From NCBI GenBank assembly GCA_964016885.1, contig OZ024741.1, forward strand, positions 98,642,001 through 98,706,000: a stretch of 64,000 bases of DNA, in the 5' to 3' direction. The notes beneath the pieces were generated by a model, which was not told where the DNA came from, ran no database searches, and saw only the letters and a program-made list of their open reading frames with translations. Every line of letters begins with the position of its first letter. Positions within the stretch are counted from its first letter, which is position 1. Positions 12,331 to 26,187 of the stretch are shown here, in pieces. The position numbers were made by a program, and so were the translations under genes. The DNA comes from Eledone cirrhosa. Taxonomy: Eukaryota.

Positions 12331-12505
12331 CAGACCTGCCAACTTCTAACAAGCCAAACCGGAGTACCATGAAAAAATGTGCCCCAAAATGGGGATATTT
12401 TTACATAATGAAATCTATACCAATTTTCACAAAAACGGGGAAACGGGGAAAAATGAGCCAAAACGGAGGCATCTCCCCGTCGGACGGGGAGAGTTGACAG
12501 GCCTG
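12331..12505. mobile_element. MITE with ~14-bp TIRs and 7-bp TSD (P/hAT-like)
   Basis: CAGACCTGCCAACT ... AGTTGACAGGCCTG; GTGTATG on both sides. Confidence 0.75.
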
Positions 12506-12696
12506 GTGTATGTATGTGTGTATGTATATGCGTATGTATGTGTCTTCTTAGCAATATCTTTTACTATCATAAATGTACAAAAATAAAATGAACCATACAT
12601 GTTCATACAGGCTTCTAAATATATATCTATAAATATAATCTACATGCATAACTCTCAGACCTGTCTTCCTTTATCTCTTTCTTTGTCAATGTATTT

Positions 12697-12803
<107 letters not shown>

Positions 12804-13171
12804 CTAACCAGTCTAACCCAACTTTAGGTATCCCTACTAATTCATATATCTACCTGTGCATCATCAATTAATCCCTCGGCCGTAGTTCCAGATGATGATG
12901 TATATAACATGGTAGATTGTCAGAAAATAGTAAGGTGAAAGAGTTAATGAGAGTGAGTTTATGTTTGTGTGAATATCAACATCTAGAGAGGATATCATTG
13001 ATGTATTTACAGATTGCTATGAAAGAAACATAAATATTCTCCTAATACTCATTCTCTTGATCCCAACAGCGGAAATATTCACGAACAGTCCGTGGATCAT
13101 TAAAACGGTATGCTCTACTGCTTCCAGATTACGCTCTGGAAGATCTGTTCAAACTATGAGGTCATATGTAT

Positions 13172-13214
<43 letters not shown>

Positions 13215-13255
13215 GTAATAATAAGAAGAAGAACATAAAGCAAGATAAATGCAAC

Positions 13256-13307
<52 letters not shown>

Positions 13308-13659
13308 TTAATAATAAGGGGTTAACTACGAGGCTAGTTTCCTGAGATAAATATTGCAAGTGAGACAAAAAGCACCTTTTAATATGAAAGCTAATGGAAT
13401 AATAACGTTGTTAAATGTTCTCCCGTTAAATTAATAAGAAATTTAATAAAGATTTATATACATTTTTAAATACATTTTTTTTTATAAATTTCCCTTGTAA
13501 ATTTAATAATAAATGTTTTCTGCTATCCACCACCACCACCACCACCTCTTGCTTCCAGCCAATTTCTATAATCATTCCCCTTCAACTGTAACCAATATCA
13601 ACAGCTTACTTATTCCCATAGCGTAGTTATCCTTATTAAACAGGCAACATCTCAGGTTT

Positions 13660-14376
13660 TGTTATTGTTGTTGTGGTTGGTAGCAGTGGTGGTGGTGGTG
13701 GTGGTGGTGGTGGTGGTGATGGTGACGGTGGTGGTTGTGTGTATGTGTGTGTGGGGGGGGGGGGGGTAATGGTGATGTTAGTGGTGTAGGTCTTCGTTGT
13801 CGTCATGGTTTTTGATGTTGATGTGGTCATAATGGTGGTTGTTTCGTTAATGTTGTTGCTGCTGGTGCTGGTCGTCGTGGTGGTGTTGCTGGTGTCGCTG
13901 TTGTTGTTGTTGTGATGATGGTGTTAGTGGGAGTGGTGGTGGTGATGGTGGTGGTGGTGGTAGTGTTAGTGGTAGTGTTGCTGTATATGTTGTTGTTGGT
14001 GGTGGTGGTGTTAGTGGTGGTGGTGATGGTGGTGGTGGTGGTGGTAGTGTTAGTGGTAGTGTTGCTGTATATGTTGTTGTTGGTGGTGGTGGTGTTAGTG
14101 GTGGTGGTGATGGTGGTGGTGGTGGTGGTAGTGTTAGTGGTAGTGTTGATATTTTGTGGTGGTGGAGTTTGTTACCGAATTACCGTTGATATTGCTGCAG
14201 TTATTTTTGTTGATCTTAATATGGTTGTTGTTGATGGTGATGGTGGGTGTTGGTGGCGATGTTGCTGTTGTTGTTTCTGCAGTGGTTGTTGCTGTTGTTG
14301 TGATGGTGATGGTTAGTGTTGTTGTTGCTACTGCAGTTGCTGTTGATGATGATGATGATGATGATGATGGTGGTGG

Positions 14377-14420
<44 letters not shown>

Positions 14421-14594
14421 GTCAGGATAATAATGATGGTGATGATGATGATAATGATGATGATGGTGGTGATGATGGTCAGGATAATAATGATGGTGAT
14501 CATGATGATGATGATGATGATGATGGTCAGGATAATAATGATGGTGATGATGATGATAATGATGATGATGGTGGTGATGATGGTCAGGATAATA

Positions 14595-14650
<56 letters not shown>

Positions 14651-15400
14651 AAGTTGTTATTTTTCCTCTTTAATTTGTTCATTGATTTCTACATGATTTT
14701 AAACAAACTCTCCGTGGCGGTTTTTCATTGGATAATTTTTAAAACGATGATGATGATGACTGCGTAGCCGTGATGGTGGTTGCGGCTGTGTTGATGAAGG
14801 TGGTGGTGTTGGTAGTGGTGGTAGTGTTGTTGTTGTTGTTGGTGGTGGTAGTAGTAGTGCTAGTGCTGGTGCTGGTGGTAGTAGTGGTGGTGCTGGTGCT
14901 TGTCGTTGTGGTGGTGATGATGATGCTAGTGGTGCTGGTGCTGGTGCTTGTCGTTGTGGTGGTGATGATGATGGTAGTGATGCTGGTGCTGGTGCTTGTC
15001 GTTGTGGTGGTGATCGTGATGGTAGTGGTGTTGGTGCTGGTGCTGGTGGTAGTGGTGGTGATGGTGCTGGTGGTAGTTGTGGTGCTTGTGCTGGTGGTTG
15101 GGGGGGTAAGGCTGGTGCTGATGCTGGGGCTTGTCGTTGAGGTGGTGGTGGTGGTGTTGGTGGTGGTGGTGGTGTTGGTGGTGGTGGTTGTGTTGGCGGT
15201 GGTAGTGGTGGTGGTGATGTAGGTGGTGGTGGTGTTTGTGGTTGTGGTGGTGGTGGTGGTGGTGGTGGTGGTGGTGGTGGTGGTGGTGGTGGTGGTAGTG
15301 CTGGTGCTGGTGCTGGTGCTTGTCGTCGTGGTAGTGGTTGTACTTGTGGTGGTGAAGTTATCGATGTTGATGATGATACCATGATTATGATGGTGAAGAA
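13660..15400. repeat. Low-complexity (GGT/GTT/GAT/GCT)n tract
   Basis: Degenerate trinucleotide repeats with local higher-order duplications. Confidence 0.95.
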
Positions 15401-15847
15401 ATTCTCTTCATATTGGTGAAGTTATGCTGGTGAAATGCTTCTCTGCGATCCTGTGTTTGTCAATTAATTAATAAGTGAAGATTCCTCACTTACATGTTCA
15501 TGATGCTTCCCAGTTTTTAAGTATCATAGCTGCAGCATTCCATTTTCTGTCGTTGTTTTTATTATCATTCGTTCTTCTCATTCTCATATTTTCTTTCTTT
15601 AACTCATTTATCTTTCTTGTTACTCTCTTTCCTGGTGAATTCAATTACATTTCTCGGCTCTTTCTAACAGCTTTTCTTCGTTCTTTTACTCTTTTGCTGA
15701 CTTCCATCATTGAACCATGTGATCATGCTGGGGCACGACTGTCAATGGTTTACTCGTTTGACATCTGTTTTATCAATCCCTGTTTGTCGAACAACCACGT
15801 CTGTTAAACTGTTTAAACATGAACACATACACAGACATGGGGATCCA

Positions 15848-15894
<47 letters not shown>

Positions 15895-15899
15895 GCACG

Positions 15900-15945
<46 letters not shown>

Positions 15946-16099
15946 ACACATATATATATATATATATTCGGATTAGCTGTCAAAACTGCCGGAGCTCAGC
16001 CATCGGGGTCCTGACTCTTTTCATATATATATATACATATATATGTGTATGTATATATATATATATGTGTGTGTGTGTGTCTGTGCGTGTATGTATGTA

Positions 16100-16262
16100 T
16101 GTACGACGGGCTTTTGTATAGTTTCAGTCTAGCAAATTCCACTCACATTGCATTGATAAATTTCGAGGCTATAGTATAAGACATTAGCCCAAAGTGCCAC
16201 GCAGTATGACTGAACCGGATACCACTTGGTTGCGAAACAAATTTCTTAAACATAGCGACATG
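16100..16262 (-). mobile_element. CORE-type SINE remnant (second SINE family)
   Basis: Minus strand GGTTCAGTC..ACTGCGTGGCACTTTGGGC.AATGTCTT.TACTATAGCC. Confidence 0.6.
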
Positions 16263-16747
16263 TTGTCTCTATTTCCTCCACTTCTCTCGTAAATATTCTC
16301 TTCACATCTCTCCTCCTCTCTTCCTCTATCTCACATTCTCTCTTATCACAACAATTTTCTAATCCCTTTTCATCTATCTTCTCATGTTTTCAATGTTCTG
16401 ATCTCCTACCGCCGACCTACTATGCCTTCTTCTCTTTTTCCCTGATTATACCCGCCATTTTGTTATTCTCAATATATAACCGTTTCCTTTCTTTCGTCAC
16501 TTATAATAGCTTTATCTCATTTCTCTTCTTTCTTATGCCTCTATATTTGCGATTACCTTCTCTTTAGTTTTTCCTTTCTTTTTCCCATCCCTTATCTCTT
16601 TACTATCTCTGATCTCCCCCTCCTGATCTCCCCCTCCTATTTAAATCACTTTACTGCAGTTCCTAATTCTTATCAGGAAATCTTTAACTGTTTCAAACAT
16701 TTTGTATTCATTTTTTTATATAATACTCTTTATTTAGTAATTAAATA

Positions 16748-16932
16748 TCGGTGAATTGGCAGTATCGGTAGAGGGGCGGACGACATGCTTTCCAGCATAG
16801 TTACGTCCCTTTACGATCTGAGTTCAAATCCGGCCAAGGTTAACTTTGCCTTTCATCCTTATGGGGTCGATAAAATAAAGTACCATTAATGCACTGGGTA
16901 ATTGCTGGCCTTGTGCCTAAAATAGAAACAAT
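16748..16932 (+). mobile_element. tRNA-derived SINE
   Basis: Family consensus with A and B boxes. Confidence 0.9.
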
Positions 16933-17233
16933 TATATATAAGTTTCTTCCTATTTATTTATCTGTCTATCAATATCTCTCCATCTCTCTTTCTCGTTCTC
17001 TTTATACACACAAACAGACACACAGATACACACAGATACACACACACGCGAACAGGCACAAGCTGACACATAATCGATACATAGACACATACACATACAG
17101 ACATACACAGACATACACATACAGACATACACACACATACACACACGGACGCACACACACACACACATATATATATTTTAGTCTTTTATTTATTATTATT
17201 ACTATATACATATATATATATACATACACACAC

Positions 17234-17276
<43 letters not shown>

Positions 17277-17400
17277 GTAGGAGGTGAGTGTTATTGTAGC
17301 ACAATAAAGCAATGCAAATATCGGATAAGTAGCACTCTACAGTTTGTAGGACTGGAGTATAAATAATATAAGATCTAAAGATGGTTAAAAGAGTCCCAAG

Positions 17401-17471
17401 TATTTTATTATGCGCATTTCAAAAACAAATATCATCCTGGGATGATATCTGCGTTTTCATCAGATAAAATA
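17401..17471 (-). ncRNA. Type I hammerhead ribozyme (mirror copy)
   Basis: Reverse complement of 17593-17663. Confidence 0.85.
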
Positions 17472-17592
17472 GGGATACATGATAGGAAACTTAAAAAACA
17501 CTTGTGAATAGTGAAGTTTTAAATTAACATGATATGTTGATTTAAAACTTCACTATTCACAAGTGTTTTTTAAGCTTCATATCATGTATCCC

Positions 17593-17663
17593 TATTTTAT
17601 CTGATGAAAACGCAGATATCATCCCAGGATGATATTTGTTTTTGAAATGCGCATAATAAAATA
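17593..17663 (+). ncRNA. Type I hammerhead ribozyme
   Basis: TATTTTAT-CTGATGA-AAACGCAGATATCATCC.CA.GGATGATATTTGTTTTT-GAAA-TGCGCA-TA-ATAAAATA. Confidence 0.85.
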
Positions 17664-17977
17664 CTTGGAACTCTTTTAACCATCTTTAGATCTTATATTA
17701 TATATGTATATATATACGATATTAAATAAACTATATTTATAAAACCATATTTATTTCATTATACATATTTCAGGGATACCAAATTAAAATATGGTATGCC
17801 TTCAGACAAAATACAATATATAAACAGTTTTATAAATAATTTTGACGTACCCTATTAGATGCAACCATTATTTTTGGAAGCTGTCTGGATAGTGAGATGT
17901 TTATAATTATTTTATTAGTTATAGTGTTAAGCACAGTTAGAAAAAGACGGAGAGAAAGAAAAAACGGAGAGAGAGAA

Positions 17978-18009
<32 letters not shown>

Positions 18010-18036
18010 TTTTTTTGCTACAATGTTTTCTATACC

Positions 18037-18105
<69 letters not shown>

Positions 18106-18110
<5 letters not shown>

Positions 18111-18925
18111 CTCTCCCGCTGATGAAATCCACCCAGCTTATGCTGCCGGACAACGATGTTGCTTGTTTATTTTCCTATCGTCGGTTTGCTTTTATCCTTC
18201 TATGTTGTTTACTTGTCCCCCTCGCCTTACGCGAATTCTGGTCCCAATAACTTTTTTTAGTTATTGCTCGCACCAACCTGAGGTATCTGATTTTTAATGC
18301 GATGTAATACCAATGATGGTTGGAAAATCACTGACGAAGGACTATTTTTATCATATGTAACCCAAGTGCAAACCACGCAGTATTCTTCTTTCTTCTGATG
18401 TGTTTTATATATATTTACCTCGGCTGCGTTTGCCTGTTTCTCTCTTACTGCTTCCCTGCTCTCTCTGTTTCTCTCACCTTCTTTCACCCCCTCTGTCAGT
18501 TACACTTTCTCTCGACTGACCTCTTCCTCACACTTCCACTCACTCACTCTCTGTTTCTCCCCTTTCTCACTTCCTCCCGTTTGGCTTGTGTGGGTCTCTT
18601 CTTGCTCACATCTCACACACATCAACACGGTCTGTACCTCTCTCGCTAATGAAATCCACCCAGCTTATGCTGACCGGATAACCATGCTGCTTGTTTATTT
18701 TCCTATCTTCGGTTTGCTTTTATCCTTCTATGTTGTTTACTTGTCCCCCTCGCCTTACGCGAATTCTGGTCCCAATAACTTTTTTTAGTTATTGCTCGCA
18801 CCAACCTGAGGTATCTGATTTTTAATGCGATGAAATACCAATGATGGTTGGAAAATCACTGACGAAAGACTATTTTTATCATATGTAACCCATGTGCAAA
18901 CCACGCAGTATTCTTCTTTCTTCTC

Positions 18926-18930
<5 letters not shown>
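18106..18930 (+). mobile_element. Partial tandem (~300-bp direct repeats, period ~527 bp), pLTR-like, with degenerate HHR cores
   Basis: 18106-18405 repeats at 18633-18930; CTGATGA at 18119 and CTGACGA at 18331/18859 without intact GAAA; (TA)n flanks. Confidence 0.65.
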
Positions 18931-18999
<69 letters not shown>

Positions 19000-19982
19000 C
19001 ACCTACCCATCCTCTCCCCTGTCCACCGCATCTCCGCACACACTGACACACTGACTTTCTCCACCTGCCATTCTCCTCTACTGCTGCTATGCCTTGACCC
19101 TCTGACCACTTCTCCGCACACACAGACACACAGCCCTCTCCACCTGTCATTCTTCTCTACCCTCCTCCTGCCTTGAACCACTGACCTCTTCCTGCTGCAC
19201 GCGCACCCCACATCTCCCCTCTTCCGACCAACACAACCACGGATTACACACCATTGGCCATCGTTCCCACTATCAACTCCATCACATGGAAAATATCCGG
19301 CGCCTCGCCACACCCTCTACGGAACTACCTTAGGAACTTACCCACGGACATACACTTACAAAAATTTTTTTTCGACCACACCACCTACACCACAATACTT
19401 ATAGACACCATACACACGTGCGTACCCCCACATATATACACACTCAGCCTCCGTAATCCTCTCCCCCCTCCCCCACCCCTCTTTCCCCTCCCCATCCACA
19501 CACACACCGACCTACAACCCCACCCCACACACACACACCTTTTCCTGAACATGGAACCTCGTTCTTCCCCCAACTCTTACATTCACATACACACACACAC
19601 ACGCGCGTACAGCTACACACATACACCACCTTCAGCCCTCCCCTCTCGGACACCCCGCCTCCCTCTCTCCACTCCACCCGCCACCCACCCCTACACGCCC
19701 CACACCCTTCCACCACTTGTTTATCTTCATGTTTATTTTTATATTTATTTTTTTTATTTTTTTATTTGTACCCCTTCCACCGTTTTTCCTCCCTTCCCCA
19801 CCCCTTTTTTCTAAATGTCTCTCCTCCATTCCCTACACACCCTGGGAACTCTCTTCTCACACACTTTTCGCCTGAAGAAGGGCTTATGCCCGAAACGTCC
19901 CCTCCCCCACTCTCAAGCGCGTGAAACTAATAAACCTTTGTTCGTACTGTCTCTCTGTTTTGTTCCCGTTCCATTTTTCATT
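19000..19982 (+). mobile_element. PLE-like 3' region with HHR-like motif
   Basis: CTGAAGA-A-GGGC.TTAT.GCCC-GAAA-CG-TC at 19872-19899 (stem I unpaired), AATAAA at 19929, then (TA)n. Confidence 0.6.
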
Positions 19983-20094
19983 ATATATATATATAGGTCC
20001 ACAAAAAATTAGCAAACCATACTCGAGGAGGCGTCTTTTACCCAATGGACTCTCAACTCGAGGGAAGTTGCGCTGAAAAACGGAAGTATTTAAT

Positions 20095-20252
20095 GTAGAA
20101 ATGGCTTCTACAGAACTAGAACTGTTTCTTTCGAAAGAAATCATTCTGACTAGTCCGATAGAAGCCATTTCTATACTAAAGTGGATGTTTCCAATTTCCT
20201 AATGTATTGAGTACCATACTTACTGTGGTGACCCCCGATTGAACCTGGGACA
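20095..20252 (+). mobile_element. Short fold-back PLE-end element (family shared with 27522-27683)
   Basis: GGCTTCTACAGAACTAG / CTAGTCCGATAGAAGCC and tail GTATTGAGTACC.TACTTACTGTG. Confidence 0.6.
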
Positions 20253-20284
20253 TATATATACATATATATATATATACATATATA

Positions 20285-20480
20285 TAGGAACAAGTATGAA
20301 CCCGACGGCAGAGCTCATGCCCTTTCGATGGCTAATTCTGGACTCACAGAATTAGCCGTCGAAACGGCTTGAGCTCTGCCGTCGGGGTCATACTTGTTCC
20401 TATTACCCACTCTACTACCCTAAGTATTGAGTACTTTGGTGCGTTATGGTCCATCTGGTTCCTTACCACATTTCATTCGT

Positions 20481-20481
<1 letters not shown>
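20285..20481 (+). mobile_element. ~200-bp fold-back element, GACCCCGACGG family
   Basis: Arms 20285-20340 / 20347-20402 plus ~80-bp tail; in (TA)n. Confidence 0.85.
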
Positions 20482-20512
<31 letters not shown>

Positions 20513-20767
20513 TATATATATATACATATTACACACACATATACATGTATATGTGTGTGTATATCTTTCTTTTCTCTTTTCTATTTGCTTACGTCTCTTT
20601 TTTATAATACCCCTTTCTAAACTATTTTTGGAGAGTATAAAAGGAAATAGAAGGAAAAAATGAAGACAATAAATTGAGTAGCAAAACAAAGAAATAAAGA
20701 TTAAGGGAAGGAGCGGAAAATAAGAGAACGTAAGAACAGTTAGAAGAATTAAAGATTGATACCAAAG

Positions 20768-20994
<227 letters not shown>

Positions 20995-21469
20995 GAAGAA
21001 AATCCGTATCCAACAAATATTTGGTAAAGTCATCATATTTCAAAGGGGACGTCATTATTTGCTGAATATAAAAAAATAAAGATATCTACGAAGTTGCAAT
21101 AAATTATTGGTGATATCACATTTCTGTGTCTTCCATTATTACTAGGTTCAGATTGAATATTCCTATTTGCATTATACGATGAATTTTACCAGGTGTTGTA
21201 CTACATTTCTGGTGAATATTTGTGTGTAATATAAAGATATGATACTTGCTGTGGGAGAACGATGAAACGGGGAGGGGTAAGTAGGATGAGATATAGAAAG
21301 TATTTAGTTCCATCTCTTCACGTTCTGGTTTCAAAGCTCGCCAACGAGGCCTCTTCCGTAGTCATTGAAAATGTCAGAAATAATTTCTGTTATATTAGGT
21401 AAATTGATTTTAAATACACTATTTGAAAAAAAAAAAAGTGTTTTACAAAAGCAAAAGAGCTGCTACTTC

Positions 21470-21711
21470 TCTGAATTAAGAGATCACAGCTCTGATATTA
21501 CGGACATGTGGTAAGAATGGACAGATTTTACGGGCAAAATCAACCGACAGGAGATCCTGGGGTAGACCCCGAGCAATATAGTTGGATAACATCCATAAGC
21601 TTGGTTGGTCTCGCTTGGAGATCCCGCAAGATCATTTGCCGACAGTTGCTTCCGACAGAACCCGCTGGAAGAAGAAGAAGAAGAAGAAGAAGAAGAAGAA
21701 GAAGAAGAAGA
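21470..21711 (+). mobile_element. LINE 3' end with (AAG)n tail
   Basis: Similar to 7567-7930. Confidence 0.55.
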
Positions 21712-24071
21712 GATGGGTACGAATAGAATGGCTTTTAATCATAAGTTGCTTTATCAGAGCTGAGTTGTGAGTAAACAACCAGTCACAAACTGTAAATTTA
21801 TATAAGTGATCATTGAGGCATTTAATTTCATTACTGCACTAAGTCTTGCACTAAGTCTTGATGAACACAACCACAAGGATACGTGGAAGAGCCGAACTCC
21901 CACTGTCATCGCCTCCATCTCTCTCGCCCTCCATATCTCTCCGTATGCTGGCCTCCCCACAGCCCCGCCGGACAGAATGAAGAAGGCATTTCCCCGGAGA
22001 ATGGTAATGGAGATGCACTGGAAGAGCCATTCCAACACGCGAGGCTCACACCTGCGGTTGGCCAGCTGAGCGCCTATGGTGGTGAGTAGAGAGGTAGCCC
22101 TAGGGTAAGGACACCAGAAGTCTCCACTGCCAAGGGCACGACCGCAAACCTGTCGGAGAGCGACCGGTACTTTGTATTTGCATTTTATAGTTTCGTGGTC
22201 ACAAAAATATAATTACCAGTCATATGCTATAGCTTATCCAAACGCTTGTGTATTCCCCACCTCTACCCTTCCCTAAATCATTTGTGACGGCAAAATACCA
22301 CAAGGTATTATCCTTTGCCTAACAAATTCAAAAATGCCGGTTATTTTCATCTTTCTCGCCGATGTCTACACCCTTCACCATATAACGGCCTTCGTTCTAA
22401 CACAGAAACACACACGCACACGCACACACATACATACATACATACATACATACATACATACATACATACATACATACATACATACATACATACATACATA
22501 CATACATACATACATACATCGGTAGAAAGGGAAATAGATAAATTTGCTAGATTGGGTATTTGGAAAACTTCTTCCGGCATTTTTAGTTTGGTTTATATAT
22601 TTCCTCTTTTTATTTGTCTCGCTGTTCTTCAATCTGTCATGTTTTCGTGATCAGAGCCAATAAAATCTTTACAATAAATCATCAATGTTTATTAGAATTG
22701 GTTTTCAAAATGTTTTCGTGAAAGGTGGTTGAACATGGGTGATGACAGGAGGAGAGACGAGTGAGTAGGGAATGCCTGAGTTGCGGTGACATGCGACAAG
22801 CAAGGTTTGAAAAGCAGAAGTCACTGTCGTAATGGTAGAAGAGGTAGAAAAGAGCACATCTGTGGGTCAGACGCTGGTGATTGTCAGGGATTAACTTAAA
22901 CCGATTATCTGAGTGATTTTCAGTACCGTTTCAGATGTGGCACCAATAATCAATTTTAAAGTCTTAATTCAGCCTTGTAGACGTTCGTTAGTTGCCTGTG
23001 GTTGAAGTATTTTCTTGTCCGGCTAGTTGTTGAGATGTGATCAAAGCTATGTCGAGTTGAAGCTATTCGTTGATTGAATCAATAGAGTTTATCTTATTGG
23101 TTTATTTTTAATATTGCAGTTGATATAATTGACTTCTTCCCAAAATTGCTCACCTTGATAGAAACAAGTATTATTAGGAAAGTAATTAAGTCAATGAATT
23201 GGCAAAGTCATTAGAGCATCAAACAAACGCTTAATACAATTTATTCCACGCTTAACACCATTTGTTCCGTGTTTTCAATATCTGTGTCCAAATCCCAACG
23301 AGGTCAACTTTACATTTCCTTCTAATAGAGTCAATAAAATATAGTGCTAATAACGAACTGGAGTCGGTATAATCGACTTTCCGCTCCCACCCAAATTGTT
23401 GAACTTGTACCTAAATTAAAAATTTATGAAGAGGGTGGTGTATTAGCAGAGTCGTTAGAACGTCGGATAAAATGTGTTGTGTCATTTGTTTCTGCTCTTT
23501 ACAGATCATTATCTGAGTTCAAATCCCACCAAGGTCAAATTTATGTTTTATTCATGGCAGTAGATTCTTAGAATCTATAAAGTAGATGACAAGATAACGG
23601 TAGACTTGCAGAGTCTATAAGACGACAAAGTGTCTGGACACATTTACTTATGTCCATATATATTCTGGATTCAAATTCTCTCGGCCTCGACCTTGCTTTT
23701 GTTTATTCACAATAAAATACCTTTCTTTTCATCATTCAATTTCCATCGTTCAGGTTCACCAACATAGATAGTCTTCTCTTTGTTTTACAACACATTATTG
23801 TTATTTTGTTATTTTAGTTTTTATAGTTGCTGTGCTGTCTTTTGTTTCTACTACTGTCTTTATTTATTAAGATATAAGGAAATGTTTGAAACAGTAGATA
23901 TCCAGACTCTACACATAGTTTTATATCTCCTATATCTCTTACAAACTGTTAAACTACCGCTTTGTCTCCGTTTCAATGTCGATAAAATGTATACAAATTA
24001 TATAAAATATATAACGAAGACATTCCTTTCTAAATAATATTCATTTTCTTAGTAAGAAAAATTCGTCATCA

Positions 24072-24460
24072 CGGTGGATTGGCAGTATCGGTAGAGGGTT
24101 GGACGCCATGCTTTCCAGCATAGTTACGTCCCTTTACGACCTGAGTTCAAATCCCGCCGAGGTTGACTTTGCCTTTCATCCTGACGGGGTCGATAAAATA
24201 AAGTACCAGTAATGCACTGGGTAATTGATGGCCTTGTGCTTAAAGTAGAAACAATTGTTATCTTCACAAAACGGTGATTTGGCAGTATCGGTAGAGGGTC
24301 GGGCAACATGCTTTGCAGCACAGAGTTACGCCCCTTTCTGATCTGAGTTCAAATCCTGACGAGGTTAACTTTGCCTTTCATCCTTACGGGGTCGATAAAA
24401 TAAAGTACCAGTAATGCACTGGGATAATTGCTGGCCTGGTACCAAAAGTAGGAACAATTA
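24072..24460 (+). mobile_element. Two tRNA-derived SINEs in tandem
   Basis: Consensus repeated at 24072-24258 and 24271-24460. Confidence 0.9.
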
Positions 24461-25347
24461 TTATCTTCACCCACATCGTCACTGTCACCAGTGTCTTCGT
24501 CTTCTTCATCATCAGCAGCAACAGTAGCCTTATCATCGTTATTACGACTGGCATCAACATTCTTATTAACATTTTATTAACATATGAGGTTGATAAGAAA
24601 CCACCAAGGTTTATTCCGGAAACATTGGTACACTAGAATAGTTTGGAACTGTCTTTTTACATTGAAGCCTATGAGGAAATTTTAAACTCAATATTGCAAG
24701 CTGATAAATAAATCATTGTTTGCTTGAGGTTGCACTCATACAGCGAAAGTCAGATAATTGATTGGTTAAACCAAAATTACATATGTTACAACGAAAGTAA
24801 AATTTCTACAATCAATATTCAGCATCAACCACCAAAATGCATCAATATTATCTTCATTCAACGAGAGTGAATCAGGTGACAGAAGTTCATTTATTAGCAG
24901 CCATTATATTACTTCTGAACATCGACGAATTTGAAACTAAAGCTACTATAATAAGTAATGGGATGATTTATAATTGATTTTAAATACTTTATTTTGTAAA
25001 GTCGATGCAGCCATTTGCTTATGGAATTTCGCCTCCTAAGCTGGGTAGAATTTGAACTCAGAGAGCAGAGAGCCGGATTAAGTAACGCAAAGCATTCTAT
25101 CTCACCTTCTAACAACTCTGCAATTCGTCGTCATACAGAGTACAATAGTAATGATATAAAATACAGAGATAAAGTTACATTATCTTCTTTCTCCCACACA
25201 TGTTTCAGTGGTGTTTTTCATAAGAGTTACATTGAATTTAATAATTCTGGTTATAATATATAACTCGTGATTCAAAGCGTATTTATTTCCACGGGAGATT
25301 TAACAATTTTAGTGATACTAACATTGGTCATTATATAGACCATTTAT

Positions 25348-25562
25348 ATGGTGGTGGGTTAGCAGTAAAACGCCGGACAACATACTTCGCAGCATATGGT
25401 TAAGTTTCTTTACGTTCTGAGTTCAGACCTCGCCGAGGTTAACTTTACCGTTCATCCTTACGAGATCGGTAATATAAAGCCCTCGAAACGCTCTGGGGTT
25501 GATTTAATCCATTTTCCCTTTCCCTTTAAATTGTTGGCCTTGTGCCAAAAGTAGAAATAATT
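25348..25562 (+). mobile_element. tRNA-derived SINE, longer subfamily
   Basis: B box GAGTTCAGACCTC and family body; possible TSD ATTATA.AGACCATTT. Confidence 0.8.
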
Positions 25563-26005
25563 ATACAGACCATTTCAATTTAAAATTGGCCAATGTAACG
25601 ACAATTTTTATTTCCAAGACAAAAAGAAATATGGGAAAGATTCATTAACTGGTTCAATTATTTTTGCTTCGGTTGAACTGTTGGACCATTATCGCATTAT
25701 TTTGTTTTAATCGTAAACAAGCCTCTCTCGCTTATTTCTAGCAGACCGTCTGCCGCTCAATTTTCTTTGACATTAGTTTACCAAATAATTTAAATGAAAA
25801 TGGTTTTAACCATATATATATGCTTTCGTATATTCTCATATTAATATGTTCTAATTAGTTGGTATGATATATTCTGTGTTTTTTTTTGTTTTGTTTTTCT
25901 AAATAATGTGCATTACGAAACTCTTGAATAATTTGAAATTTCATTGTATAATTTTCGTGACTGTTAATCGCATGAATACAAGGGAAATATTATTATTATT
26001 TTTTA

Positions 26006-26187
26006 GATTGGCAGTATCGGTAGAGGGCCGGACGCTATGCTTTGACGTATAGAGTTACGGCCCTTGCCATTCTGAGTTCAAATCCCACCGAGGTTAACTT
26101 TGCCTTTCATCCTTACGGGGTCGATAAAATAAAGTACCAGTAATGCTCTGGGTAATTTCTGGCCTTGTGCCAAACGTACAAACAATT
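26006..26187 (+). mobile_element. tRNA-derived SINE
   Basis: Family consensus. Confidence 0.9.

Larger units (their letters stand above)
17278..17700 (-). mobile_element. Fold-back PLE-end element with an HHR in each arm and ~85-bp unpaired tail
   Basis: Arms 17364-17530 / 17534-17700 near-perfectly complementary; same family as 35153-35634; (TA)n flanks. Confidence 0.85.

Noticed and set aside
13065-13165. Possible host exon in unique sequence
   Set aside because: Short open frames on both strands but no recognisable protein or convincing splice pair; needs RNA-seq or BLASTX.
13912-15382. Poly-V, poly-D, poly-M and Pro-rich ORFs
   Set aside because: Translations of trinucleotide repeats.
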